From Nageia nagi (lineage: Eukaryota > Plantae > Pinophyta): a stretch of 64,000 nt of DNA. The translations under genes were made by a program, and so were the position numbers. A model generated the notes under the pieces. That model was not told where the DNA came from. It saw only the letters and a list, made by a program, of their open reading frames with translations, and ran no database searches. The stretch is taken from contig JBITNC010000002.1 of the NCBI GenBank assembly GCA_050084985.1, positions 38,812,001-38,876,000 of the forward strand, written 5' to 3'. Positions 37,301 to 50,860 of the stretch are shown in pieces. How positions within the stretch are numbered: the first letter of the stretch is position 1; every line of letters begins with the position of its first letter.

Positions 37301-39692
37301 AACTAGTGCTTCTTAATGCAAATGATGGACAAACTTGGCTTTGAAGAATCATGAATTCAATGGATATATGTACTTATAAGCAACCCTTGTTTCTATATCC
37401 TAATCAATGGTAGTGCTCATAATTTTTTCAAGAGTTCCTAAGGCCTACACCAAGGAGATTCTTTCTCCCCCTACTTATCATAGTTGCTGAAGCCATAAGT
37501 AGAGGCTTGAAGCACCTCCAAATCACAAGGAAAATTAGATGTCTATCCTTATCCATGATTTGCCCTCTTGTGAAACACTCCCAATTTGCAGATGATAGCA
37601 TTCTTGCTATTTATCCCTCAATCCAAGAAATCCATATGCTTAAGATTCTTTTCATTTCTTATGAGTTGGCTTCAAGATAGGTAATTAACTATTCAAAATT
37701 GAATTTGTATGATCTAAATCTCACTTCCATATTTTTAAGATGATTATCACAGCTCTTTGAAATGTCCATTAACTCTTTGGCTAGATCCTATATAGGACTT
37801 TTGCTCTTACAAGGGGGCCAAATTAGAAATTTTTGGGATAGAATGATAGCTAAATTCTCTTCCAAGCTAGCTAATTGGAAAACCAAATGGATCTCTTTAG
37901 CTAGTTGGCTAACTCATATAAATTAGGTTTTAAGTGCTCTACCAATTTTCTAGTTGGGAGTCTTTTGGGTCCCCTCTAAGATTCTCATCAAACTAGAATA
38001 GATTATGTGGAATTCTCTCTAGAAAGAAGTTTAAAAGCTAAGAAAATCCATTTAGTTGTTGAGGAGGTGGTGTGCTTAGACATGAGTAGTGGTGTCTTTG
38101 GCATTCACCAACTTAGGGCTATGAACATAGCCTTACTAGGTAAACTGGTTTGGTGCATCTTCTCAAATCATAGATCACTTTGGAGTATAGCACTAAGAGC
38201 CAAATACTTGGATGATGATTAGCTGAACCATATCTTCACTATGGTTGATACTCCAATTGGCTTTATGATTTGGAATGACATCAAAAGAGTCAGATCAAAG
38301 ATAGTTAGCTTACTTAAATGGAGAGCTATTATAGGAAATAGAGTAAACTTCTGGTAGGATGCATGGTTGTTATCCTTCCCACTCTCAACCTCCAAAAAAT
38401 ATAAGAATTTACAAAAAATTCTAACTTAGAGATGGGGTGAAATGCTAAACAACTACTAGGAATGTTATGATTACAATGAAATAAGGAAAAAAATTGGAAG
38501 AAGTTGGATCCAATCCCCCCAAACTTAGACCATAAAAAATCAAAGCTGGAATCTCTTCTTCTATTATATCATCTCAAAAAAGATGGAGAAGATCATGTAG
38601 TTTTGTTTCTACACCCATTAAGAATCTACTTAGTGAAGTTGGCTTTCAAAGCACTCTCCTCCAACATTTCCCATAAGTTCCTCCTTATAGTTTGGAAATG
38701 AGTTTGGTCCTCCAAAGCTTGGCCAAAGGCCAAATTTTTTTATGGGTTGCAATGCATAATAAAATATTTTCAAGAGAGAAACTACATCAACACAACTTGC
38801 CTGAGATCTCTACTTGTATACTTTGTGGTGAGGCTCCTATGATAGGATCCCATCTTCCTCCATTTCCATTTTGCTATAGAATTATGGACCAAGTTTTTTA
38901 CTTTATCATCTACTCAAATGACCCTCTCTCTATCACTAGGAGACCTTATGCAAGTATGGCATCTCCCAACACACTCAAAAGTTCTACCCACCATCTGGTA
39001 TGCATTTTTGGCTATGGTACTATGGAATATATGGCTAGAATGCAACCAATAAATATTCAATAGAGTCTAATCCATGGATAAAAAAATTTGGGCCAAGATT
39101 GGAACCCAAATGAGACATATATGGGAGGTAGATGTTAGTAACCACTCCATTCCTCATAAAGAATTACAAGCTCTAGAACAATGGAGCCTAGGACTCAATG
39201 CCTAGTGCTTTAGTCTGAATAAATAGGGAATCCAACATGAAGGACTTTAGATAGCAATTTTGTGATCTATGGTAATGGACCATATTTTGCTTGTCAAGAT
39301 GGTGTATAATTTTGTTATAGAGGCATATCAGCAAGTCAAGTCTACTCAAACTAAATAGTCTCATAGAAGGGGAGGTAGGGTGGCTAGAAGAAACTTATAA
39401 GCAAGTTTGGATTCCTTGACATTGGCATGCTAGCTCAACACAAGATCATCTATAACTCTACAATCAAATCATTTTCTACTAGGATTTGGATAGAAAACTT
39501 AGCTCTTTGAATTTAAAAACAAAAACCTTTTAGAGGATCATAGTTATATTTAGCTTTTTATATTTCAAATTTGGAGTCAAAGGTCCCTATGATTTCTTCT
39601 ATGTTCTATTATAGAGAAGATCTCTGGACCAAATTTTTGTATGCCATGTAACTCATAACCATTTTAATACAAATTTTTAACTACAAAAAAAA
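34400..39692 (+). mobile_element. Near full-length degenerate L1 LINE (ORF1 DUF4283; ORF2 endonuclease-RT-zf-RVT; A-rich tail)
   Basis: VWVRLL.LPL.LW...IGNSIG (ORF1); MILSSWNTRGL at 35601; IGGDFNA, IDRF, EGDRNTKYFH, GLDGF, QGDSFSPY, QFADD (37582-37596), MNIALLGKLVW, FLWVAMHNKI...CILC; A-run at ~39685-39692. Confidence 0.93.
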
Positions 39693-41049
39693 TTATGTTT
39701 GATCATTTACTTTGTATTATCAAAATATTATTATATTTTTGCTTATTAATGTTCATCACATTAATATGACTAATTTATTTATTATCTATTTTGCAAGAAA
39801 ATAGCTGGATAGATCTTACACCTGACCCTACCATGTCATTGATTATTCATCTAGTAGGAAAATAATAAAATCTAAGACTCAAGTCATTGATTGATGATTT
39901 ACCAGTTATGCTTCAAATATTCTTAGTAAACAGAAAAAAACAAGAGAACTAAATGGATATGTTCCCAATTTGTCTCCAATAAGATCCAATTTGAATTCAA
40001 TCAAAGATCAATAAATAAATAACCATATTAAGCTTGAAATTCATATGGATTCTAGATTAATAATTTGGCATGGCTAAGAAATCTATAAAAGTAAGCTTCC
40101 ATCTCTATTTTAAGGCTAGAAACTAGTGCAATCATTGAGCTTTGAATTTGTTGATTCCTAAGTCATGGAAGTGATTAATATCAAAGCTACTACATCCAAC
40201 AATCTCCCACAAGCATCTAAGAAGAGTGATTGGGAAGCATTGATCTTGGGGTAAGATGGAAATAAATCATTTCAATATTTGTTCCTCCTATTAGACCAAA
40301 AACATACCCATCACATTTCTTGATCTTACTTTCATGTTATATTTCTATAGTAGGCTTATCTCATCCTATCATGTGTACTAACTTTTGAATCTTTTCCTCT
40401 ATTCTTGTAGGTTGCAAAATGCCTAAGGTATCTATGTCTTAATAGAGAAATGCCCCCATGTTGGAAAATTGCCACTGCACTTTAGAAATGCTTAAGTTCA
40501 TTATGTTTGGATAGTAAAGACTATTTAGCCTCATCTGGGGATCCATTCAATTGCATCATGTATCATCATTATAAAACAACATCATTTGGCAATCTATGGT
40601 GTTGCTTAATACCACCTTGAGCTAGTTACATATGATCATTTGAGCTTTTAATTCAAAAGGAGGGCTTGAAGAATCCTCCTTGTGGGATTTTAGTCAAGTT
40701 TGTTTTGTAATTTTTGCTTATAAGCTTCGATCTAACCTACATATACTAGTTAAATGTTTAGGTTTAAGTGATCCTAAAAGGGATCACTTTTATTTAAAAT
40801 AATGGCTTCAAGTATTACAGTTTCAACTCCATTAATGGTGTATAGGGATTCAAAAACTATACAATCAATTTCAATATCATAGATGAGGGCTTTGTAATTG
40901 ATATGTTACATATTTTTTTTGCATCCTTTATAGTTTCTCTTAGTTGGCAATCAAATCTTGTATTGGCTTAAGGAACATAACTTCATTGCTTATTTCATGA
41001 GGATAATTTCATGCATTTTTTATATGACATGTACTCACCATCAAGATTC

Positions 41050-41300
41050 TTTGTGATAATTTTTAAGCAATCAAGGCATCATTATCTCATCTAATGCATT
41101 GCTTCTCACATGTAGACTACATCTCATTCTTTATCATGATACTTTCTCTAGTTTGGATAGCCAAGCGATGACCCAACATAGCCAACACCTTGCAGTAGGT
41201 TATTTTATGCCTTCCACTTATATAAAAGCTAAGTATATACCATGCAATTAAGCTACAACTTAAGCAAGGCGCATTATACATTCCTCTTATAAAATGGTGC
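41050..41300 (-). mobile_element. Possible C-terminal relic of a CR1/L2/Crack-type LINE ORF2
   Basis: RHKITYCKVLAMLGHRLAIQT followed by a decayed Cys-rich stretch resembles the ...SHRLAIETGR...CxxC...H...C tail; short and degraded. Confidence 0.3.
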
Positions 41301-42909
41301 AAATCTAATCAAATATGTCTATGTGAGACAAAGTTGCCCATGTCATGTTCATGGTTATAGACGAAGTAGCTTAAGAGGAGGAGATCTATAAATCCATTCC
41401 CTACATTATCAATTTTTTTTATATTTATAAAACTATGATAAAAGTAGTTTTTATAATTCTAAAATTATAGGGGTATTTTTGATATATTATGTTAAAATAT
41501 AGGGGTATTTTATATATTTTCCCTTGGTTTTATCATGTTTAACATGTATGCTAGATGTGTCCATTAAAAAATGCACTATTTTGTATATTAGAAATGTCTA
41601 ACATTTGGAATCTTTATGGAAAATCATAGATTCTCTTTTACCTTCATAAGAATTTTGTAATTTACCATATTAGGAATTCCATGTTTTATGTTTTAGATTC
41701 CATCCTCTCATTTGGTTTATTTTTTAGATGTCTATTATGTATAAAACTATTTTATTTTATTTTATTCAAAATTTACTATATTTTTTATTTTTGATATTTA
41801 ATTTTTTTATGAGTAATAAAGGATTTAATAATATTTCATATTTATAAAAATTATAGTCATTAGTAGATTTTAATATTTTAGAATTCATAATCATATGATA
41901 TTTTCACAAAGCTCTAACATCATCATTATAAGGTTTACAATGTTCACTACATTCTTATATCATTATTGCTTAATTTTTAAATACTCAATGAAAGAATTAA
42001 TTAATTAATATTTCATTGATATTTTAATTTTTTAGATTATTGAAGTTTATTGTATTTTTAAATAAAAAATTATTTTATATATTTATGTAATTTATGTAAA
42101 GGAATTTTTTTTAGAGAGACCCAAAACTATATTTACAAAAAAATGATATTCAAAATATTACATATGAGATATATTTTATACATTCACCATATTGATTATT
42201 AATTTACTAATCCTAAGTATCTTTTCTTATACAACCACCATTCAATTATAGTAGTAAAAGTAAATATAAGGAATTTGGTATAGATTGAGTCTAACTAATA
42301 TGAAATTGGATCAAAATCTTGAAAAACCTTTATGTGGTCAAAGAAAACTCTTTTCATGATTAGAAAAATGACTTCTATGTCTAGAAAACCCTTATCATAG
42401 GTAGGAAAACCTTTTTTGTAAGCATAAAATGCTTGTCATAGGAATATATTCTAGAGTATGAAAAAGCACATGTTGGGGTCCAATAATTATTTTTTGTGAT
42501 GCAAGAAACCTTTTACATACATAGTCATATTTGTGGTATGATATTCAATATTTAAAACCTTATAAGAGAACAACATCCCTTATGCTAACATCATCAACTT
42601 CATGGTGTGATGCTTAGAGATGAAGATCCTACTAGAGTGCAACATACCTTATGTTAATATCATTAGCTTAACAACACCACATTCAATGGTTAAGTTCTTC
42701 CAAAATGCCACATACTATATCATCTTCATAGTACAATAGTGCAATTAAAGGACCAACATTGGTGTTAAAGGTTTGGTCATGCAAATTATCACATGATAAT
42801 GCGGTTAAAGATGTAAGAGTCATTGATATTCACCTAATAGCATTGTAAAAAATCATACATGTATCAAAAAGGGCATTGAAGAGGCTAGAGGAGTGGAAAC
42901 ATTTGTAGA

Positions 42910-45900
42910 TATAATATCCCTAATTTTACCATCTCATTCATACTCATCACTTGGGTGAAACATTTAAGAGTTATTTTAATATTTTTTTCACTTTAATTTG
43001 TCCTTTTGATATAATTTTATATAATTTATAGTCCCATGAAGGGGCACTCCATGTGCGATTATATTTTTCATATTCTTGGCAAGTTGGGTTGGCCAAGTAA
43101 TATTTATAATTTATATTTTCTAGTCAAAATAGGATGACCATATTGGAGATGATGTTTCATGATGTTTAATCATGAATAAATGTAAGAGGATTACACCACT
43201 TTTAGGCATCATTGGAGAACTTTAATCTTTGATATTTTAACTTAGGATTGTACCCTTCTAACCCTTCTAATATTTAGGGATTTTCCCAAAATCTTAGGAG
43301 TTGCATTTGATCATCTTGAAGACTTCATCCTTTGTCATTTTAGATTGTAGCAACTTGGATGAACATTTGCATAGGCCTAGAGCAGTTCACTACTTTCAAC
43401 ATATTTTTGATGATGATATTTGTATGATATAGTGGATATATTTGCATATTTTTAGTTATATTTACCCTATAAGTAGGGATGTCCATATTTGGGCATTCTA
43501 TATTGTATATTTCATGGTTTATTTGAGTTACAATGCTATCCTAATTATTTTGGAATAATTATATGATGAAGGATAACATTTGTTAGGTTTTTAATATTAA
43601 TTTTTAAAATAAATTATAGATCTAATTATGTATGGTTAAATATTATTTGTAAGCTAAAAAATACTATACTTATAATTTGGGATATTATGTTGGTATTAGA
43701 GATGGTTTTTGCTATCTCATGAAGGTATTTTATGCAACATTAGTACCATTTGAGTAGTAGATAAAAAGATAGCCCTAACCAACCAGTATAGTCACTAGAT
43801 CCATCTATTGATATGTCAAATCATCACATTGAAATAGAAGAGCCAAGAGATCCCAAATTGGAGTAAAGATGAGTTAAAGCATTGGAGGATTCCAATTTAA
43901 CACTACATAAGGATTAAATAAATATTTATAGAATGTTGAATTAGATAGATAAGTTGTTACACCTACAATAACCTCCATAAAAATAAGAAGAGAGCTTCAC
44001 TTAATATGGAATTTTGCATCCACAACCAAATTAGGTTCATACATAATGACAACAAAATCAAGGGAGTGAAAAATTTGTTAGACATACTCAGTCTCCATTA
44101 CCTAGACCAAAAAACCCATATTTTTGTAAAATATGAAGTTGATCTAAGTCATATAGTTTAGGGTTTAGATACATACTTAATGATGTATCAAGGTAAGAGT
44201 GATGAGTTCAAAAATTATTTTACTTTTGAGAGTTATGTCAATATTTTGGGAAAGAATATTGATAAAGATAGTAAATATTATGATATGAAACATTTGTAGA
44301 AAATGCAAGTTCCCATGTTCAATGGTAGGAATATGTTGGTTAGGGCATGGTTACAAAAATTACAAATATATTGCATCCTTTTCCCTATTTCTAAGGAATA
44401 TGTGGTTCAATTTGTTGATCTTTACCTTGAAAGCATTGCAAGTGATTGGTGGCATTGAATGGTCTCACTACACTAGGCCATGGAAGGTTCATTACCTTTG
44501 ATGAATTTAGTCAAAAGGTTTTGGATATATTTTAGAGGAAATATGAAGAATATTTCTTTAGATATTTTTCCAATCTTCAGCAAAGAACTATGATTCACAT
44601 GTATGTTAATGAATTCTAGAAAATTTTCTTCATGATGCCAAACATTTTAGAGAGGAGAGTGAATTTACTTTTTGACTAGAAGGTTTGATGGAGCCATTGA
44701 AGGGTTTGATAAAATCATTTGAATCTCTCATATTACATGATATGATTATAAGGGTTTTATCCCTTGAGTTAGCAATACTTACTTGATCTAGAGTTTTGGT
44801 CCCACCACCTAAATCTAGTATTGCAGAATAATCAAGATTGTATATAAGAGAAGTACATTATAGAGGAGAGATTTTTCTACCTCAAGAAGGAATCATCCCT
44901 TTGGAAAAATGATGCACCTTCCAAAAAAATGTCCCCTACTTGTGGCACATGAAAGTAGTCTTAATGAAAAACAAAATGAGCTAAGAAGGAAGAAATTATA
45001 TTTTGACTGCAAAAATACTTGGAGATCAGGTCATCATTGCCAAAGTAAGGGAAAAATGTATTACTTTAATTTCATTTTAGAAGGATATGCATTAGAAAAT
45101 GAGATTAGGTATAATGAGGAGCATGATTTTTAGGAGAAATAAAATAGGGCTCTTATTGTTCCAAACTCAAACCCAAACACAACCCCAAATGTAGGAAAAA
45201 TTACTTTATTGAGTGATGAAAATAGATTTTTCACCATCAAGGTGTCAGGAGAAGTGTTGAGAGAGAAGGTGATTGTATTGATTTATGGTGTGGAAACCCA
45301 AAACTTCATAGATGTGATTTTTATCAAAAAGAATAATTTAACATAGAATCATTTTATAGATTTAATTTGGCTAGCATAAATGGAAGTATTATGCCATGCA
45401 ACAAATTTGTGACTAAATTGAAGGTGAATTTTGGTAATTATGCAGTTAAAGATGATTTCTTTATGTTTCCATTAGGGGTGTCCCATATTGTATTGGAGTA
45501 CAATGGTTATTCTCATTACGAGACTACATCACAAATCATCAAACCCTATAATTTAAATTCAAGAGCTTTGGGCATGATATTATATTATAAGGAATTAAAG
45601 AAAATACAACTCAACATGTGTCAATCAAAAGGATGGAAATGATACTCATAAAGGATGAATTAGTTTAGGTTGCTATCATCTTCTTGTTAAAAGGTACATC
45701 TTATTCATTTAAGTGTCTTTCTCATCATTTAGATTTTAAATTTTATTGGATAGACATAGTACAAATTTTAGATATATGCATAGGAGTTTCCCTACCAATA
45801 GAAGATTTCAACATGTGATTGAGATAGAACTAGTAACAAAATCAATCATGGTTACCCATTATAGGCACCCAAACATATACAAGGATGATATTAAGAATAT

Positions 45901-48900
45901 CATCAAGATATTTTAGCCATGGACCACATTAGCCCTAGTACTAGAATCTTTACTTCTTTATTTATATTGGCAAAAAAGAAGGATGGGACATTAAGGATGT
46001 GTATATATTATAGGATCCTAAATAAAAAGACCATAAAAAATAGGTACCTTTTTCCTAGAGTGGATGACCTCATTGATCAGTTTCATGGATTCATTCTCTT
46101 TTCTAAGATTGACATGAGACCCAACTACCACCAAGTCAAAGTTACAAATGAGGAAATACATAAAAAAACCTTTAGATGTTGGTGATGCCTTTTAGTTTGA
46201 CTATTACCTCAACCATATTTGAATAAGGTATGAACCAGATTCCTAGGGAGAATTTGATGAGGTTTTTTTTGGTATTCTTTGATGATATCTTTGTTAAGAT
46301 CACTTAATAATGCACTTAGATTATGTTTTAAATAGTTTTGAGCAACAACAATTCTATGCAAAGGAATCCAAATGTGAATTTGGATTGACCAAGATTCTAT
46401 ATTTGGAGCACATAATTAGGATTAAGGGAGTCCAAGTAGATCAATAAAAGATTGCAATAATTCAAAATTGGCTGACACCTACTATTTTGACTCAATTGAG
46501 AGTGTTGTTGGGACATTGAAATTACTATAGAAGATTTATTAGAGGGATTTAAACTTCAATGGTACCTTATACTGAGTTGAGAAAGAAGGAAGCATTTGCA
46601 TAGAGTAATGAGGCCTAAAAGAATTTTGAGAAATTAAAGGAAGTGATGACTTCAACCCTTGTACTTTTCCTTCCTTATAATTATTTTCCTTTTACCATTG
46701 ACTATAATGCATCAAGTGTGGGAATAGGAGTTCTCCTCATGCAAAAGGGCCAACCAATTGCCTTTTAGAGTAGAAATATTAAGTCCAATGAGAGAGAATT
46801 TAACATATATGATAGGGATATACTTTCCATTTTGTATTCCTTTCCCAAAAGAAGCAATACCTTATTTATGGTCAATTTTAAGTAAGGAATGATCATAATA
46901 GCCTCAAATATTTCTTGGAATAACATGATTTGAATTATAGGAACAAAAAATGGGAAAGAAAATTGCAAGCCTATAATTTTAATATTGAGTTTGTATAGGG
47001 AAAAAATATTACAACTATTGATGCACCATGTAGGATTCCCTCTTTCCATTCTATTTCAACAGTTAGTACTAATTCGAAGGTTGCGATCATGGTAGAGTAT
47101 GTGAAGAGTGATTTTGTATCTTACATTCTAGATGCACACTTGAATTATGATAGGTACAACATAAAAGAGGGATTGACTTTTTTCAAAAATATAACTTTCA
47201 TTATTTTAGATTCAAATTTAATGGAGAAATTGATTATGGCAATTGATGAAACATCCATGCCTAGTCATCCAAGATTTTTTAAGATTTATATGCATTTACA
47301 TGAGAGGTTCACACAAAAGGGAATGAAGGAAGATATTCTAAGGTGTGTGAGGGAGTGCATCACTGAGAAAAAGAACAAGGTTGAGAATACATTTTTGACA
47401 TATTTTATACAACCTTTTCCCATTCTTAATTATAAATATGAAGGTATATCAATGGATTCCATCACTAGTTTACAAAAAATGTACAAGGAAAGAATTGCAT
47501 TTATGGTATGGTGGCTAGTTTCACAAAGTTTGCACAATTTTATGCCATCCTAGTTACATACATAGCCATAAAAGTGGCTGATTTGTTCTTTAGAGAAGCA
47601 TTTAAACTTCATGGAATGCCAAATAATATTTTGAGTGATAGGAATATTGAGTTTACGGTCATACTTTACCAATAATTATTCAGATTATATGGTATAGTTT
47701 TGACTCTAAGTACAAGCTATAATCAACAAACCTACAACCAAACTAAAATTATGAATAAATGGGTTGAATATTACTTGAGAAACTATATTTATAGGTAAAA
47801 AAAAGCATGGATTAAGTGTCTACACTTAGAATAATTTCGTTATAATTCTTAATATCATTTATCTATCAAAATATCTCCATTCATGACCTTATATGGATAT
47901 GATGCTTCTAACCTTGTTAATTTGTTGATTGGTGATAACAGAGTGAAAGAAGATAAATATTTTATATAATATAATAAAAATATCATGAATATATTCAAGA
48001 ATAATATTCATCTTGCAGAAGAACAACATAAGATATATTTGAACCAACAAAGGATTTAGCACCATTTTCAGGTTGGAGATATGATATACTTGAGGTTGTA
48101 GCCCTAGAAAAAGATTATATTAAAGAAACACATAGTAGAGAAGCTCAAAATATTATTTTATAGTTCTTACAAGGTCATATGTAGGATTGGAGAGGTATAA
48201 AATAAGTTAGAGTTATTGAACAATGATAGGATTCACAATTTGTTTGACAACACATTGTTCCTTCCATTGAGATGCCACCAATTGATGATGAAGGAAAGCT
48301 AATTTTGGAACCTAAATCTATCTTGATATTAGTGAAAATAATAAAAGAAATAGGTTCATCATTGAGTAATTATCAAAATGGAAGGTCCTTACTAAAAACT
48401 ATTCTACTTGAGAAAGACAAGAGATCTTTGCACCTTCGACCTTGAATTGCTTGGGATATGCAATTTGGGGGGTGGAATTGTAACATTCCCAATTTTGGTA
48501 TCTCACTCATACTTACCACTTGGAGTAAGACATTCCTCCTCATTATGATTATCTAGCACTTACTTCCTCTTCATTTTTATTTCCTCTTCATTTTTATTTT
48601 TGATCACTTAGGGGCATTTAGAAGTTATTTTAATACTTTTAGCATTACCACATGCCATTTTGATGTAAATTTGTACAATTTATACTCCCATGAAGGTGTA
48701 CTTCATGTGGGGTTATATTTTGGATGTGCTTGGTAAGTTAGGTCGACCATGTTATATTCATAATTTATATTTTCAAGTCAAAGCAAGTTGACCATGTTGG
48801 AGATGATATTTCATGATATCTAATCACTTATAAATGTAACAGCAATGCACCACTTCTAGAGATCATTAAAAAATCTAATATTTCATATTTAAGTTAATGT

Positions 48901-49338
48901 TGTGCCCTTGTTACCCTTCTAAGGTATAGGGATTTTCTCAAGACCTTAAGAGTTGCATTGAATCATCTTGAAGGTTTCATTCTTCATCATTTCATATTGC
49001 AATAACATGGAGGTATATTCACCCACCCCTAGAGCACTTTTCTACCTTAAACATATTTTTGATGATGATGTTGTATATTTTGGTGTACATATTAATACAT
49101 TTTAATTCATAATTTCCCTCCAACAAGGGACATCTATGTTTGGGATCTACGTTGTATGTTTCATGGTTTATTTGAGTTGTATCATTGGTGCAATTATTTT
49201 CTAATAATAATACGATGAAGCATATCATTTTTGAGGTTTTGATTGCTACTTTTTTAAATAAATTATATATCTAATTATGCATGGTTAAATTTAATTTGTG
49301 AGCTAAAACTTTTGATAATTCTAATTTGTGATATTATA
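42910..49338 (+). mobile_element. Full-length degenerate Ty3/Gypsy chromovirus (Reina-like); LTRs 42910-43689 and 48479-49338
   Basis: Diverged direct repeats; PBS TGGTATTAGAG at 43691; gag, ELRRKKLYFDCK...GHHC, protease, KKKDGTLRMC..YR.LNK.TIKNRY, VFFDDI, RNase H, integrase (ISMDSI), chromodomain remnant (LILEPK...KWK); PPT GGGGGGTGGAA at 48467-48477; decayed TSD GTAGA/ATGGA. Confidence 0.93.
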
Positions 49339-50340
49339 ATGGAGGAAGTTGAAATGACTAAGAGAAACTTGTAGGATGTCAATTTTGACTATAAACTTCT
49401 ACAAACATCCATTGAAAGGGATGTTTTGGAAAGGAAGAATAATAATATTTCATATTTATGTAGTAGGAGTATATTTTAGTTATGTAGGAAGAGTTGCAAA
49501 CCTAGGATTTGCAAAATACAACCTTCACTTGGTCGAATGTAATGTTCTTATGTAATAAATAAGATTGAAATACTATTGAATATATTATATTATTTTGTGT
49601 TCTACATGTATATTATTATTTTATATTGTTATTTAGAAGGTAACCATTTCATTTCAATACTAATTGGGAATATTTAATAGAAAAATAAAATTAAGTCTTA
49701 GAAATTTATATTTGAGGATTCATGTATGCTATAAGAATCGAGTGAATACATATCATGTGGTATCAAACCTAGTTGAGATTGTTGTTGGGAATTTATGATT
49801 TTATTGCAAATTTATGGTTATTTTGTGCTTATGAATAAATATTGGATTCAAGAGGATTTGGTGGAGCCAGACCTTGATATTTTCCATAGAGAATGATGAG
49901 TTGAAGAGGAAGATTGCAAGCATGGAAGTGATGCTCAAAGACTTATTCATGGAACTTGTAAAGTTAAAGACTATTAACACAAGGAAGGAACCATATAGTG
50001 AAGAGAGTTTAGATCAAACTTGGAACTTGATATTTAATTTATAAGTAAAGTATGATCTCAAATCCTTTGGATGAGAGATAAAAACTCAAAAGTTAATCCA
50101 ATGGTTAAAGTAAATGGGTTTTTTTTTCAAAGTACAAAAGGTTGAACATGGTCAACAAAATATTGAGGTAGATAAACTTAAAATTGAAAGATATATTTTA
50201 GTTTGTTGGGAAGATGATCTATAAATGTCATTAAGCTATGCTATTCATGATATCATCACATATAAATTAAGTATAAAATTTCAACATCATCTATTGTTAC
50301 AAAAGGATCAATGTTAGCTTGTTGAGGACTACTAGCAGTA
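49339..50340 (+). mobile_element. Older LTR element interrupted by the chromovirus: remaining LTR, PBS and gag fragment
   Basis: ...ATATCA end at 49755, PBS TGGTATCAAACC at 49758-49769, gag-like LKIERYILVCWE near 50180-50215. Candidate LTR start TGATATTCAC at 42824 on the other side of the insertion. Confidence 0.6.
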
Positions 50341-50539
50341 TTTTATACTCAAATTTAAATTGTAAATTTTGACTATTGAAACAAGATAGAAAAAACATTT
50401 TAATGATAAAAAAATGTATACACACATGAACTAAAATACATATATTGGTTCCCCTTAATGTGACAGTACATCTAATCTTGAATAGCTTTCTCTATACTTC
50501 TTTTGGATACTCTTTCACCTTCTTGATCTTCAATGGTCT

Positions 50540-50860
50540 TATTTTATCCTCTCTTGATTAATAAATAACTCTATAGAGTTCTCTAATGCTTCTTAAGCCT
50601 CCCTCTAAGTGAATCAAGAATATAATTTGAGTTTCTTAAGTTCAAACTTGACTCAAGAATTTGATTTATTTGCAATGGGTATGTTTCAAGTGTCCCTTTA
50701 AGATAGTAAAAAATACTCAAACATCTCACCAAAGAAGTATTGATGCAATCTTAAATCTTGTCATTAATGATTTCAGTTTGGTTCTCCCAACATATTTTTG
50801 TTGAAGGAATCACAAGATTCTTCACATGTAATAATGAAGGAAATCTATAGAATACCCACT
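50540..50860 (-). other. Possible degenerate GIY-YIG endonuclease relic (Penelope-like element?)
   Basis: Minus strand GGT ATT (c) TAT AGA TTT CCT = GIYRFP at 50856-50838, then after a frameshift QKYVGRTKLKSLMTRFK (YVG at 50794-50786), then H-rich and ...ALENSIEL segments. Requires several frameshifts. Confidence 0.35.
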
